Source: Scyliorhinus canicula (Eukaryota). From it: DNA of 64,000 nucleotides. The DNA lies in NCBI RefSeq assembly GCF_902713615.1, contig NC_052160.1, forward strand, positions 107,238,708 through 107,302,707, written 5' to 3'. The notes beneath the pieces are model-generated. The model saw nothing but the letters and a program-made list of their open reading frames with translations. It was not told where the DNA came from and did no database searches. Shown in pieces: positions 62,756 to 64,000 of the stretch (the stretch's first letter is position 1; each line of letters opens with the position of its first letter). The position numbers and the translations under genes are program-made.

Positions 62756-63140
62756 CAGTGGATACATCCATAGAAGCGTATAGAATGGAATTTAGCAGAA
62801 TGTATAAAAGGTTGCAAAAATTCAGTCTAGAAATTCCTCAGTCAATGCTGGCGTTCAAGTTATTAGACTATGCTAAAGTTACAAATATGGAAAGGCTTCT
62901 AGTTTCAATTTGCAGAACGACACACACTGTGAGGAAAAATGTCAGAGGCTTTAAAAATGTTCCTGGGCAGAAATTTCTTCCTGGTAACATTCATTACAAA
63001 TATGGGTTGATTGGCGATCAGAAAGACAATGGAAGACTCTGCTAACGGAATGGTGAAGTGGCCTAGAAATAGACCGCAAGTATCAATATAAAGAAGATTT
63101 ATAACTAAAATTAATGAGGACAGAATCACCTTTAAGAGTA
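62755..63140 (+). mobile_element. Ty1/Copia (possibly GalEa-like) gag fragment
   Basis: SIEAYRMEFSRMYKRLQKFSLEIPQSMLAFKLLDYAKVTNMERLLV resembles the LAFKLLD gag motif I recall from aquatic GalEa Copia elements. Confidence 0.55.
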
Positions 63141-64000
63141 ATGGCAGGAGGGATAATGGAACTATTAGCAGAGTTTGGGGACTTTTCGGGGTACAAACTA
63201 AATTTGGGCAAAAGCGAGGTTTTTGTGATACACCCGGGGGACCAGGGAGAGGGTATTGGGAGACTCCCCTTCAAGCGAGCAGGAAAGAGCTTTAGGTACT
63301 TAGGGGTGCAGGTGGCAAGGAACTGGGGGACCCTCCACAAGTTGAACTTTTCCAGGCTGGTGGAACAGATGGAGGAGGAATTTAAGAGGTGGGACATGGT
63401 ACCGCTGTCGCTGGTGGGGAGGGTGCAGTCAATCAAAATGACGGTCCTCCCAAGGTTCTTGTTTTTATTTCAGTGCTTGCCCATCTTCCTCCCTAGGGCC
63501 TTCTTCAAAAAGGTGACGAGTAGCATCATGAGCTACGTGTGGGCGCACGGCACCCCAAGGGTGAGGAGGGTCTTTTTGGAGCGGAGTAGGGACAGTGGAG
63601 GGCTGGCACTACCCAATCTCTCGGGGTATTACTGGGCGGCAAATGTGTCAATGGTGCGCAAGTGGATGATGGAAGGGGAGGGGGCAGCTTGGAAACGAAT
63701 GGAGAGGGCGTCCTGTGGCAACACAAGCCTGGGGGCCCTAGTAATGGCACCATGGCCGCTCCCCCCCACGAGGTACACCACGAGCCCGGTGGTGGCGGCC
63801 ACCCTCAAGATATGGGGGCAGTGGAGGCGACACAGGGGGGAAATGGGAGGTCTGTTGGCGGCGCCAATAAGAGGGAACCATAGATTCATCCCGGGGAACA
63901 TCGACGGGGGATTTCAGAGCTGGCACAGGGTGGGCATACGGCAGCTGAAGGACCTATTTATAGAGGGGAGGTTTGCGAGCCTGGGAGGGCTGGAGGAGAA
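63141..64000 (+). mobile_element. Young 5'-truncated L1-clade LINE, ORF2 frame open to the window edge
   Basis: No stops: FGDFSGYKLNLGKSE, FRYLGVQV, LSLVGRVQSIKMTVLPRFLFLFQCLP, GGLALPNLSGYYWAAN. Confidence 0.92.

Overview
Eukaryotic, non-microbial DNA from a cartilaginous fish (shark; repeat content fits a catshark, Scyliorhinus-like genome). The window is almost entirely intronic sequence of a + strand LGR6-like gene (R-spondin receptor, LRR-GPCR). Only two 72-nt, phase 2-2 LRR exons are present (30594-30665 and 49874-49945, matching exons 3 and 4 of vertebrate LGR4/5/6). The rest is a dense, nested transposon landscape: HE1/V-SINEs with three different 3' tails, DeuSINE (SacSINE1-like), other tRNA-SINEs, CR1, L2/CR1-like, L1 and RTE LINE fragments, two Penelope-like insertions with minimal hammerhead motifs and 11-bp TSDs, a decayed Gmr1-type Gypsy (IN-RT-RH order), four solo LTRs with TSDs, a Copia-like gag fragment, a hAT MITE, and several GC-rich MITE families with GGGC..ATT termini and 3-bp TSDs (PIF/Harbinger-like), including a tandem pair at one target site. 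Nearly all ORFs in the supplied track are spurious or TE-derived. I see no clearly new host biological system; the best leads are TE mechanisms. Family names come from recalled consensus sequences, not a database search.
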